Source of the DNA: Eledone cirrhosa | Taxonomy: Eukaryota | Direction: 5' to 3' | DNA: 64,000 bases | Assembly: GCA_964016885.1 (NCBI GenBank) | Contig: OZ024743.1 | Coordinates: 352,656,001 to 352,720,000, forward strand | In this document: in pieces, positions 52,083-64,000 of the stretch | Layout of the letters: the number at the start of each line of letters is the position of its first letter | Numbering within the stretch: the first letter of the stretch is position 1 | Translations under genes and position numbers: made by a program | Notes under the pieces: generated by a model | What the model was told of the DNA's origin: nothing | Databases searched by the model: none | Seen by the model: the letters and a program-made list of their open reading frames with translations, nothing else

Positions 52083-52427
52083 CAGTTGTCCCCTGGTATT
52101 CGCGGGGGTTACGTCCATAGAGCACCCTCGAAGAGTGAAAAACCGTGAATATTGGATGTGGTCCATAAAAATACCTATAAATGTCAAAACATAACATAAA
52201 ATATAGGTGGACAAGTACGGTATATTGTTGTTAATAATTTAGCGTTAAAAAGTGTGAAAAAATAAATATTGCCACGAAAAAAGCCATTAAAAAAAATCGC
52301 AGAAGATATTTACAATTCCGTGAATATGCGGTGGTTTTCACAAACAATTATTAGTTAGATTCTAAGGAAAATTCCACGAATAACCGGGACCACGAATGCC
52401 AGGGTGGCGAATGCTGGGTGTACACTA
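52083..52427. mobile_element. Tc1/mariner-pogo (Tigger-like) MITE
   Basis: TA|CAGTTGTCCCCTGGTATTCGC ... GCGAATGCTGGGTGTACACT(A)|TA imperfect TIRs. Confidence 0.6.
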
Positions 52428-54087
52428 TATATCATCTGTATATGAATTGCACCTTTTCACATGAAAATACATGAAAAATCAGTTTGTGACTTAGCTACTG
52501 GACCTAAATATATGGTGTATTGTAAATGTTGTAAAACAGAGGTGTGACTTATATACCGGTGCAAAGTATACATGAGTATTTATGGTATCTTTTGACATCT
52601 TTGTGGCCATATTTTTAACATGAATATGAGTTTGAGTTTTAATGATCAAAATGATGAAGAATTAAGAAAGGTTTTTTATAAAAGACTAATAATTAACAAC
52701 TGAAATCTCTTATTATCTGTCAAGTAATAATGAGATTTCAGTCGAAGATTTGAATTTAAGTCTAAACATTTTAATAAATGTGATTTCAAATTAGTGTTTA
52801 AAGGATTAAACAGCTAATTGGGAGGGGTGGGGTGGCAATTAAGATTTTTTTTTTTTAATATAAAAAGAAATGTCTTTTCAATTTTTGAAAGCTGCGTGAA
52901 TTTATCAAATGAAGTTTTCATTAAATCAAAATCTGTAACACAATGAACTTTTCCACAAGATACACTCAAAATATTATATAACAGCACAATACTTTCTTGT
53001 ACCATCATATTATGACAATAGATAATACTGGCACCAACTATGTGTGCTTTCCCTCTGTCACTCTGTCTACCTCTACACTTTTACTTCCAGCCCACTTTAC
53101 TATCTTGAGATTTTCATTAGTAATGAAATCAACTGAGGTAATGAATTCCTGAAGCCTAACGAATGATAAAATCATTTGTAATGTGAAGTAGAACTTCTAC
53201 ATCATACACACACACATATATATATATATTAACCCTGTGGTTATGAAGAGAACTTATATATATATATATAGGTTCTCTTCATAACCACAGGGTTTCAGGC
53301 TCCATCCTACTGTCCAGCACCTTAGACAAGTGTCTTCTACTATAGCCTAAAGCTGACCAATCACTTGTGAATAAATTTTGTAGGCTAAAATTTAAGGAAG
53401 TGTTGAGTTAACTACATACATCTTCCAATCAACAACATTCAACGCAGCTGGTGACCTTAATTCTATAAAATCAAGAAGCCCAACATTAAAACTGTTGACC
53501 ACTATACTGTAGGAGATATTGTTTTATATGGGACATAAAAAAAATGTCACAGCTTGCTTTAAATAATGTTGAATTGAAGTCATGCAGAGACATATGGGCT
53601 CACATATCATCATCATTTAACATATGTTCTTCTTTGCTGGCATGAGTTGGATGAATCATTACAGACCAAGTCAGTACTTAATTGGAGCTACTTGATGTCT
53701 CGGATGATCCCAAGGCCATATCTTGCATGCACACATTCAGGTTTTGACAGTTTCCACAGCTGGATGTTTTTATATATATATATATATTTGTTTGATTAAA
53801 ACAACAGGAGGCCGGATTGGTGATGTTCCTTTAAAGTTTTATTGTTGCAAAAACACTATATATATATTTTTCAATGGCTTGGTGTGGATTGCATAATTAG
53901 TTAATCAATAAAGGAACTGCAGCATACACAGAAAGTACAGAAAAAATATTTGATTTGAAGATGGCCTGCGATTTAGGTATCACTGTTGTTGCAAACCATC
54001 CCCTACTATTACATTATGGTTAACTAAACTGAATGACTAGTTCTATCCAGTGATGAACCACTAAACATAAATATATATGTGTGTGTG

Positions 54088-54290
54088 TGTGTAAAAGGTA
54101 AACAGAAATAACAACACAAACAGTACAGCATATGGAAGAAATATATTAATTTAAAGCTTGAAATAGCAGGAAAAGGGTCTTAATGTTTCGGACACTAGTC
54201 CCTCATCAGGAGAAAGAATATAAACAATTAGAAAGATTGAAGGGACGGGGGCAAGGAGACGGATGAGGAGAAGGTGGAAGTAAGAAGAGT
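54088..54290 (-). mobile_element. Penelope-type short repeat with a minimal hammerhead (core 54181-54209)
   Basis: Minus strand CTGATGAG-GGAC-TAGT-GTCC-GAAAC-ATTA with a perfect helix II; homologous to 8110-8390. Confidence 0.65.
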
Positions 54291-54291
54291 G

Positions 54292-54323
<32 letters not shown>

Positions 54324-55454
54324 TATTCAAAGCTAATGATTCACTCCAATATTATTCTTGAGTTCCATTGTTTGTTCATCTCCATCATTTGACTGAACAT
54401 ATAAATATGAAGAAATTCACATGTAACAACACTGAACCATCAGCTTCAAACCAATAATTACACTATTCTTTATTTTATTGAAAAGTTTTTCAACTCTTCA
54501 TACACTAAAACGTGTGAGCATTATGTGTGTGTGATGGTCTATTGGCATAATTCTAATAATCTATCATATATATATATAGATGAGAACACCCAAGTCAAAG
54601 AGAAAAACTACGAGAAAATAACTGAAGTTGGTGAAAATATGGCTAACAATACAAAGTATAGGAATTGAAGGACAGTTATTTTATTGATAATACACAAATT
54701 AAAAGCATAGCAACTAAATACTACAGTCACACAAAGACTACTTTATATCTAAGTCAATCATCAAACAACATAAGCGAACATATAATCTATATGATGATGG
54801 ATCCTCCATCAATTGTCATGATGAGCATTCAATAGTTCAACCAACTGAATGTTCTACTCATTAAATTAACACAAAGTAGCTTAGTATTCTACAGACATGG
54901 GTACCAGAAACAGAATTCTCAGGCAGAATCAGTGCAACAAGGTTGGACCTTTGAGTTATAGGGACAATTCATCTAATAGGCTTCCATACAGTTTCTGCCT
55001 ACCAAATTTCATTAACAGGCTTGAGGTAACCCAAGTAAAAGCCTAGGATGCCACACAGTGGGATTGAACCTAGAACCTCATTAATGTGAAGTAAACTTAT
55101 TAACCATCCAGTCATGCCTACATCCACATAGCTAAGTAAGCAACACTTTAATGATATCAAAACTTCTACACCCAAGTCTCTATGTGATTATTCAAGCTGC
55201 TGGAATTAGCAGGCAATACTGCCTCAAATCATACAAACCATAGAAAAGAAGCATAGACTACAAAGGTTTAGATATACTCTCAGACATAAAGAAAAAAATA
55301 CTGGATAATAAAGTGAGCTTCCCTATGGTAAATTCTCCCTCAAATAACACCTATCATCTTTAAGAAAAAAAAAAAAAATAGCACTCACACATTAGATAAA
55401 GCAATCCTAGATAGAATATATCTAAAAAAAAAATACAAGGTGGTTATAGCTTAA

Positions 55455-55662
55455 CCCTTTAGCATTTACATTATTTTATATTTACTATTGTATTTTTGTG
55501 GTAAAGGCTTTACCTCACATAATATTGACTCTATGAGATTTTTATATTAATTATTTTGAGAACAATATCTTAACTTCAGTATGAGCAGCCAGTTACAGCC
55601 TATTTGAACAGAAAGAGGTGAGGGAATTCTGGCTGGATTCAGCCGGTTTAAATGCTAAAGGG
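55455..55662. mobile_element. piggyBac-like MITE
   Basis: TTAA|CCCTTTAGCATTTA...TAAATGCTAAAGGG|TTAA, perfect 14-bp TIR. Confidence 0.85.
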
Positions 55663-56354
55663 TTAAATGCCTTCAACCATAGGTTTGGTCATTCACAATT
55701 GAAGCTAAACAACTATAGTAAACGCTTACAAATATGTGGATGTCAACTGAATCATTGAAAATATAAAGATGTCAATTGTCTTATTTTTCAATTACCAATC
55801 AATATTGTTTTCTTATATTGTTATAAGGACATGCACTCATAGACATATTGTATAGACTATTGAAATTTGAACTTAGGACATAGAATGATGAAACTAGACA
55901 CTTTAAAGCATTTAGCCCAAAACTTTTACCATCTCTGCTAACTTAGTGGCCTCTGTGTACTTCACTTAATATTAAATAACAATGGTTATCAATGTGTGTG
56001 TGTGGAAAGTGCTTTAAAATTCCTGTTAAAATATCATAAATTTAGACATACATACAGACATGCATTCAACACCACTTACACTTTCTTAAACACACACAGA
56101 GTTACATTTCCCATCTGATTGATTATATAACATCATTGATCTGTCGATCTTAGTGTGCTTATTAAGGTACTACAATTAATTCTTCTTCCAGCCATGTTAA
56201 TGAGTCAAGAGACAACAGCATGAACATTTGATGTCACTTGATCTAAACTGCATGGAGCCATACATTAGTTTATTAGATTCTCTTTGACATTTTAATGTCC
56301 ATTGAAACTGTGGTTCACAAAACCATGTTCAGTTTTGCAAATCTAATGCAGTAA

Positions 56355-56550
56355 TAATGATTTCTACTATAAGCACAATACCAGCAATTTGGGGAGAGGA
56401 GAAAGTTGATTAAATCAACGGCAGTGCATTACTGGTGCTTTATTTTATCGACCCTGTGAGGACGAAAGGCAAAGCTAACCTCTGCAGGATTTGAACTCAG
56501 AACGTAAAGGTCACAAAGCATAGTGCCTGACACTCTACCGATACTGCCAT
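56355..56550 (-). mobile_element. SINE family A
   Basis: Consensus match. Confidence 0.8.
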
Positions 56551-57721
56551 GCATAAGAATTCATTAACACTTTTGTGACCATATTTCAATCAATTAATTA
56601 AAAATTTTGAGGGATTTACTTAAAATCATTATATACTAAAAATATTAATTATTTACTGTCTAAGGTAATAATGTTGAATAACTACTGAGCCTCTATATGT
56701 CCTAAAGACACAACAAACACTACTTAGTGATGTCCTCATGTCTTGAAATGACCCCCACCACCACCATACTTGCAATCACTGGCATTCTAAACTTCTTTAG
56801 AAAAATTCTACTAACCTAATAAATAATCCTTATATGATATGAGCTGATGAAAGAGTTTGTATGAGGTCATTTTACCTATTTCTAGCAACCACATCTCCCT
56901 CAAACCCCACCATATCAATTTATAAAAGAAAAGAGTACATTTGATCATGTATTCTTAGATACCATTAGTAACATAAAATAGCATGGCATACAAGAATGAT
57001 TAGAGTTGACCCAAGCCCAAACAACAACCCTCTTTCTGAAAGAGAACCTTCAATTCTTTTGTGAGTTTCAGCATCCTGAGATCACCAATTCAGTTTGTGT
57101 TTTAATTGTCTTCCTGTTCTACAGCTTCCTTCCACTTGGATATCCTGGCACTTCTTTACTTAACTATTATTATCCACATGTATTACATGTGCATACCAAC
57201 ACAATCTTTCAAGCACACTACATCTTAATCCTCTTATGCCCAGTTTTTCTCACTGCTCACCTGTTCAGGAAAATTGCCCTGCTATCTTTAAAGGTGTGTT
57301 CGGGTGGGGTTGGGGTATTAGACAATGTAGACCTGGATAGACAAAAGGACAAAGTAGTGAAAGCTTGATGCTTTTGATTATAGGTGTGATCAATCAGGGT
57401 GGTCCACAACAACCTACACCAGGTGTCTATGTACTGCCTATTTTTTAACATTGTTCCCACTAGTTCTTACAACAACTGACACTCTGGTTTATGGTAGTGG
57501 TACAGCCCTTTGTGTCAAATTTGCAATGATCATCCAACAACAACTGACAAGGGAGATCAATGTTTTATGTCTGTTTTGCTTTGATCCTTGTCCGTTGTGT
57601 TTTTTTTTTTTTTTTGTGCACTTCTTGCCATGTCTGTATTCACATTAGGGATGCAGAACTTGTGTATTTATAACTAAATGGACCGAAACAATTAATGTTA
57701 AATATCACAGTATTGTGTTAA

Positions 57722-57942
57722 CCCTTTAGCATCTACATTACTCTATATTTGCTATTGTATTTTCACAGTAAAGGCTTTGTCTTACATAATTATTTCACAT
57801 AATATCGAATCTATGAGATTTTGATATTATTTATTTTGAGAACAATACCTTAACAACAGTATGAACAGCCAGTTACGGCCAGTTTGAACAGAAAGAGGTG
57901 AGAGAGTTCTGGCTGGATATGGCTGATTTAAATGTTAAAGAG
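57722..57942. mobile_element. piggyBac-like MITE
   Basis: TTAA flanks and TIRs as at 55455. Confidence 0.8.
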
Positions 57943-58935
57943 TTAATGACTATCAACCTTTTGGTATGTAATCATGGACGCAGCACATCTGAATGGTTAA
58001 GGAGTTCACTTCCCAATCATAAGGTTCAATTACCACTGTGCAGCATGTTGGGCAAGTGTCATTTACCATAGCCTGATGAGTGAAATTTTGTACACAGAAA
58101 CTGTTTGGAAACCTGTCAGATGGACTATACCTGTAATTCAAAGAGCCAGACTTGTCAAAGGGCCAGATTTGTTAAACACTGTGTCATACTGAATTTCCCA
58201 GTCTGAATTTCCCATGTCTGTGGAAGGCTCAGCCATTTGCATCTTAACTTCATGAGAAAGCTGTGTTGTTGATCAAACAACTGGAGCACTCATCATTGAA
58301 ACCAATAGAGGTCTATTCAATTCCTGTAGCCATGCAAGTAATTAACTCATCTACCAATAATGATCCTTTCCTAGTATGAGGTCCTTCCAAAAACCACATT
58401 TTCTATGTTCATTAAAATCCTATTTGCAAATGAAATTTTCCACAACACTGCCTATAATTTTTAAATGATTTTTAAATTAATCAAAAATTAGGGGAAGTTC
58501 AATAAAATAACTAAGTTTTTCATTAATAAGCTGATATTTAGAGCATCACTTTAAATTTTTGTGAATAAAATTATGATGAAAGGTTTTAATATAAGGATAA
58601 ACATTATAAATTAGCAGTTCTGTATCATAAATCTAGGGTAGTTTCAGGCACGTTAACAATTTTAATGGAAGACAAGACAGTGCAGTTATTTTAACAATAT
58701 AATCAAATTACAATTCAGGATACAAGATATCCATAGAAATATGATATATTTCCCTTTAACGATTTATTTAATTGCCACAAGGAATGAAACAAAGGACAAA
58801 AACATAACAAAACTGTTACACAACCACACAATACAATACAGTAGAAAACAAAGTCAAAATCAGAAAGGTGGCGTAGCTATGTGTTGTGTATGCAAAGTTT
58901 TTTATATACGCATGTAAGTGTACACACACACATCC

Positions 58936-58989
<54 letters not shown>

Positions 58990-58993
<4 letters not shown>

Positions 58994-60062
58994 ATCATCA
59001 TCACCGTTTTATGTCCATTCTCTTCCACGCTAGCATGGGTTAGATGGGTTGTCTTGTGGGCAGTGCCCAGTCGGCTGACCTTGTCTTGCTTATACGGGAA
59101 CTGATTTTTGGCTTGATTTCTATAGCTGGATGCCCTCCCTAACACCAACCTCATTTACAGTGAGTGCTGGGTGCTTTTTTTCCGTGACACCTAACCGGCC
59201 ACTTTACAGTGTGGGCTGGGTGCTTTTTTGCCATGGCACTTCCACGACCACTTTGCAGTGGGAGGGAGGGGTAAGAGCATATTGTCTATATTCTTCAGCT
59301 TCGGCTTGTACCCGTGGGAAGTCGGGTCTTCTGTATTACTGAATGACACCAGAGGTCACGGTCCAGTGTCATTACCTTTGAGAGGTGCAATTGGGTAAGG
59401 TCGGCTTTTGTTACCTCATCCCAGGTCTTCTTATGCTTAGTCCCACTCTCAATTAGTTTATGCTTTGCCGTTTGCGTATATTACTATTACACATCCATCG
59501 GAGCATGCAAGCTTCGTTTCTTTCTAATCTACGCAAATCTTCTACACACAATGCCCAGGTCTCACTACCATGTAGTATTGCTGTTCATATGCACGCATCA
59601 TACAGTCTGCCTTTCATTTTGAGGGGAAAGCATTTTGCAGCTAACAGTGGCAGTAGCTCCCTATATAATTGTTTCTACTTTTGGCACAAGGCCAGCAATT
59701 ATCCGAGTGCATTACTGGTACTTTATTTTATAGACCCCATAAGGATGAAAGGCAATCGAAAGGTTGTGAGTTCAATTCTCAGACCGGGTGATGTGTTGTT
59801 TCCTTGAGCAAGACACTTTATTTCACATTGCTCCAGTTTACTCAGCTGTAGAAATGAGATGATAGGACTGGGGTCCCTATAATTCCACTGCAAAGTGGTC
59901 GTGGAGGTGCCACGGCAAAAAAGCACCCAGCACTCACTGTAAATGAGGTTGGTGTTGGGAAGAGCATCCAGCTGTAGAAATCAAGCCAGGATCAGTTCCC
60001 GTCCCACCCTTGCAAGCAGGGAAAAAGCGGACGTAAAATGAAATGATGATGATGATGATGAT
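58990..60062. mobile_element. Composite of SINE B (-), RTE ORF fragment (-), SINE A fragment and SINE B (+)
   Basis: 58990-59260 SINE tail; 59300-59660 antisense to the RTE C-terminus; 59666-59755 SINE A; 59752-60062 SINE B. Confidence 0.8.
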
Positions 60063-60246
60063 ATATATATAGTTATTTATTTATACAATTTAAAACATCT
60101 ATATAGAGCCAGTAGGCCATGACAGACTTGGGGAAGTATCGAGTACTGCTTACAGTTGGTAATCAAAAAGAGCTAGTGAGACAAGTAATAAAAAATAAAA
60201 TAAAAAATAAATAAATAAAAAATAAATAAGATATATATGTTGTATA

Positions 60247-60517
60247 CAGGATGTTTATGAAAAACATTTGACTGCTTTCCATTATGAAAAAAAAATCCAT
60301 CAACTCATACATAGGTGAGAAATCCATAGTATTCTAGCTTATTTTTGTCACAATGGAAAATAGGTGGTTATGTAGCTTTCACAACTACTAACAAGTGAGA
60401 AACAACTTTGTCAGTTGCTTCCCCAGGTTTTTACTGAGACTAAGGATGTGTGATGGTAATCACAACCTTTTAAAAATTCATAGCGAAAGGCAGTCAAATG
60501 TTTTCATAAATAACCTG
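60247..60517. mobile_element. Tc1/mariner-like MITE with ~40-bp TIRs
   Basis: TA|CAGGATGTTTATGAAAAACATTTGACTGCTTT ... AAAGGCAGTCAAATGTTTTCATAAATAACCTG. Confidence 0.65.
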
Positions 60518-60584
60518 ACGTACATATATGTGTATAACACTATATTGGAGCAGATATCCTAAATTTATATATATATATATATAT

Positions 60585-60840
60585 CATCATCATCATCATC
60601 ATCAACGTTTAACGTCCGTGTTCCACGCTTGCATGGGTTTGGACGGGGGTAGTCCCACTTGAGGCAAGAGTGATTGTCTTGCTCACATAGGACTGTCTGG
60701 CAGGTTTTCTACAGTTGGATGCCCTTCCTAACACCAACCACATTTACAGTGTGGGTCTGGGAGGTTTTTACCGTGTTGCCTACACGGCCACATTACAGCG
60801 TGGACTGTGTGTTTTTTTGTCGTGACACCTACACGATCTC

Positions 60841-60842
<2 letters not shown>
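60585..60842 (-). mobile_element. RTE LINE 3' UTR fragment
   Basis: Reverse complement of 28638-28890. Confidence 0.9.
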
Positions 60843-60910
<68 letters not shown>

Positions 60911-61417
60911 AAAAAGAATTTGAAAATGCAGTTGGAGTCTGTAAGAAAGTTTATTTACAATAATATTTATAACTTTACCGGTTTCACAGGCTTCATGACT
61001 TTCAGTTAAGAGAGATGGAGAGTTGTGTGGCCATGCCGACTTGTAACTCGCATGTAACTCATGTTGGAAATTTATTTCTGTTTTATGCAAAAAATGTAGC
61101 TCAGATTGCTTGATGTACAATTTGATATGTTGAAGAAGATCACAAGGTTAGGCATAGAATTTTGTGGTAATTTTGCAGCAAAAATCAGGAGTATCATTGT
61201 TCTTTTAATTTTATACAGAAAAGTGGCTCAAATTGTTATCTGTTTAAAGGATAATTTAATAGGCCGAGTATAATCACCTGATTAGACACAGAGTGTCATG
61301 AATTAGTAAATATGGTCAGTGGCAAATCATGTCTGTTTTTTATTTTGCCCAAACAAAAGCATCTACCTTCCTCAACAGCCCCTTCTCCCCTACCGGTAAT
61401 GCAATTTTATGCTTAAA

Positions 61418-61622
61418 CCCTTTAGCATTTACATTACTCAATATTTACTATTGTATTTTCATAGTAAACACTTTATCTTATATAATTATCTCACATAATA
61501 TTGAATCTATGAGATTTTGAGAACAAGGCCTTAACATCAGTACGAGTAGCCAGTTGCAGCCGTTTGAACAGAAAGAGGTAAGAGAATTCTAACTGGATAC
61601 AGTCGGTTTAAATGCTAAAGGA
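61418..61622. mobile_element. piggyBac-like MITE
   Basis: CCCTTTAGCATTTAC ... TAAATGCTAAAGG. Confidence 0.75.
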
Positions 61623-62544
61623 ATATTACTGAGACCCAGGTTACATGACGTCTCAAACTAGTAGGAGGGAGGAGCAGCAGCAGCAGCAATAGTTGTAAGG
61701 AATGGCAAAATACCAATCATTTTGAAAAAAATACAGAGACTTGAAAATGTCAATGAACTGATTTGTAAATAACCAATAGGTTGAAAGATTGAATATGTTT
61801 AGATGTGTGAAGTTCAACCTCATCAAGAACTGCCAGATATTTATTATGAGGTATAAAAACAAAAATGGATGATTCCATCAAGTGGAGGGTTTGCAGAATG
61901 GTAAGAGTGTCGGACAAAAATGTTCTGCAGTATTTAGTTATGAAACTTTACATAAATTCTATTGATATCAACTTTACCTTTTATTCTTTTAGGATAAATA
62001 GATTAAAGTTCTAGACTAGAATTGAGGTTGATTTAATTCACCAATACTGTCAAATATACAATAGATGCTTAGTGGTTAATCCCTATCATCACCACCATTG
62101 GCATTGTTTGGTGTCAAGAATTTGATTCCATTAAAATTAGCTATGTGTATAAGACTATTTTTGAGTTAACAGAATGCTGCTAATGTGGAGATGGGGATTG
62201 GAGCAAAACTGGGTCCAAAAGCTAGTTCTCATTGTTGGCTTGTTTCCTTCTATCAGCTGCCCCTTTCCAATTACTTTTAAAGAAGTCACATCCAGCAGGG
62301 CATTTTATACTCCAGAGATGGCAGTTAGTCAAATGCATTAACTGTCCACAAGCACCTATCAATAGCTGAATGGTTAGGTATCTACTTGACAATCTTGAAG
62401 TGAATTCCTAACCATTCCTAACTTCAGGTTTTATTCTATTGTGTAGCATTTAAAAAAAAGTCATTCACTATAACCTTGGGTCAAATAAAGACTTGCCACC
62501 AAAAATGTGTATATGGTAACTACATGGAAGCCTGTCAGATGGAT

Positions 62545-63055
62545 TCATCATCATCATCATTATCATCACCGTTTTATGCCCATTTTTCCACACTAGCATG
62601 GGTTAGGCAAGTTGTCCTGTTGTGGGCAATGCTAGGTCAGGTGACCATATCTTGTTCATACAGAACTGATTTTGGCTTGGTTTCTACACCTGGATGCCCT
62701 TCCTAATGCCAACCTTATTTACAGTGAGGACTGGGTGCTTTTTGTCGTGACACCTGCTGCACAACCACTCTATAGTGTGGGCTGGGTGCTTTTTGTTGTG
62801 ACACCTACACGACTACTTTACAGTGTGGGCTGGGTACTTTTTGGCATGACACCTACACAACCACTTTACAGTGTGGGACGGGTACTTTTGCCGTACACAA
62901 CCACTTTACAGTGTGGGCTGGGTGCTTTTGCCCTACATGACCACTTTACAGTGTGGGACGGGTGCTTTTGCCGTACACAACCACTTTACAGTGTGGGCTG
63001 GGTGCTTTTTCCCTACACAACCACTTTACAGTGTGAGCTGGGTGCTTTTTGTCAT
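62545..63055 (-). mobile_element. RTE-tail SINE with an internal ~40-bp module amplified about 8 times
   Basis: Repeated CAACCACTTTACAGTGTGGG(CT/AC)GGGT(G/A)CTTTT at 62715-63055. Confidence 0.85.
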
Positions 63056-64000
63056 GATGTACCTACAATTCAATGAACCAGCCTCATCACACACTATGTC
63101 ACACTGAATCTCCCTGAGAATTATGTCCAGAGTACATATGCTTGTAGAAATACTCAGCCGTTCTGTCGACTCAACAGCTGGCATAGTTACTTATTGTCGA
63201 AACTGATGGAAGTTCAGTTACTTTCAGTTAATCAACAAAAAGCCAGAACTACAATACAACTTCTATTAATAGAACTTAATTCTTAAGATAAATTCCAAAG
63301 TTCTAAACCTCCATAATTGATAAAGATCATTATTGGCAAACTTCTTTATAATAGTAATAAACCATTATCACATTGATTACATTACAGTCATGTTGTTGTT
63401 GGTGGTGATGGCACTGATATTTCTGGTGTTTCTATAGCAACAATGTTAGTGACAGTGTTTTCCTTGGTGCTGATAATGACAATAATGGTGATGGGTGGTG
63501 GTGGTGGTAAGAAAGAAATATTTTATCAAAGTTTATTATCTATTTCTCTTAATATTTCATTCATGTCTAAAGACATTCCATTAAGATAAAACTAATTAAA
63601 AACTGTACTGATTAACTCTGTGTTAAGAAAAGACTGGCATCCAAGGAGGCAGACAAATATGAAAGATAGGCACAGAGGAGAGGAGTAATAAATAAGGAAT
63701 ACATTTTGAAGAATATCATTCAAAGTGTTGTTGTTGTTTACAGTTTAGCCAAGGAGGGAAGGGCAGTGCCTATAACCCATTTCTGGTGAAAGGGAGGAAG
63801 GAAGATATCCTCAAACTAAACACCTGTCACACCCCAACTATCACCCAAATAACTCAGAACACAAAGAGCTGGAACAAAAATACCCACAAGGCAACACCTT
63901 AACATGTCTGCCAATCCAGTCCTGAGCTTGGGTTTGTTTTTCTTTACTGAATCCAAAATAATTGTTTCTACTTTGGGAACAAGGCCAGCAATTTGGAGGG

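Overview
AT-rich, repeat-dominated eukaryotic DNA. The microsatellite load, tRNA-derived SINEs with RTE-type tails and RTE LINEs suggest a cephalopod (Octopus-like) intron or intergenic region; the organism is inferred. I recognise no host protein-coding gene with confidence, and most listed ORFs are microsatellite or antisense-LINE artefacts. Identifiable content: a near-full-length but internally deleted RTE LINE with a PHD-like insertion (about 25.5-28.9 kb), several RTE fragments, a CR1/L2-group LINE nested in a hAT-like element, a CRE-like LINE 3' remnant, non-autonomous Helitrons, TTAA-flanked piggyBac-like and Tc1/pogo-like MITEs, many SINEs, and 48-bp and 29-bp minisatellites. The standout is a 1.19-kb near-perfect palindrome (46438-47624) made of two head-to-head copies of a 551-bp, terminally redundant, highly structured unit with no long ORF. 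Each copy carries a type-I hammerhead ribozyme with a complete catalytic core and an unusually long helix III, making it a candidate retrozyme or Penelope-like circular-RNA element. Other minimal hammerhead motifs occur at about 3.4, 8.2 and 54.2 kb.
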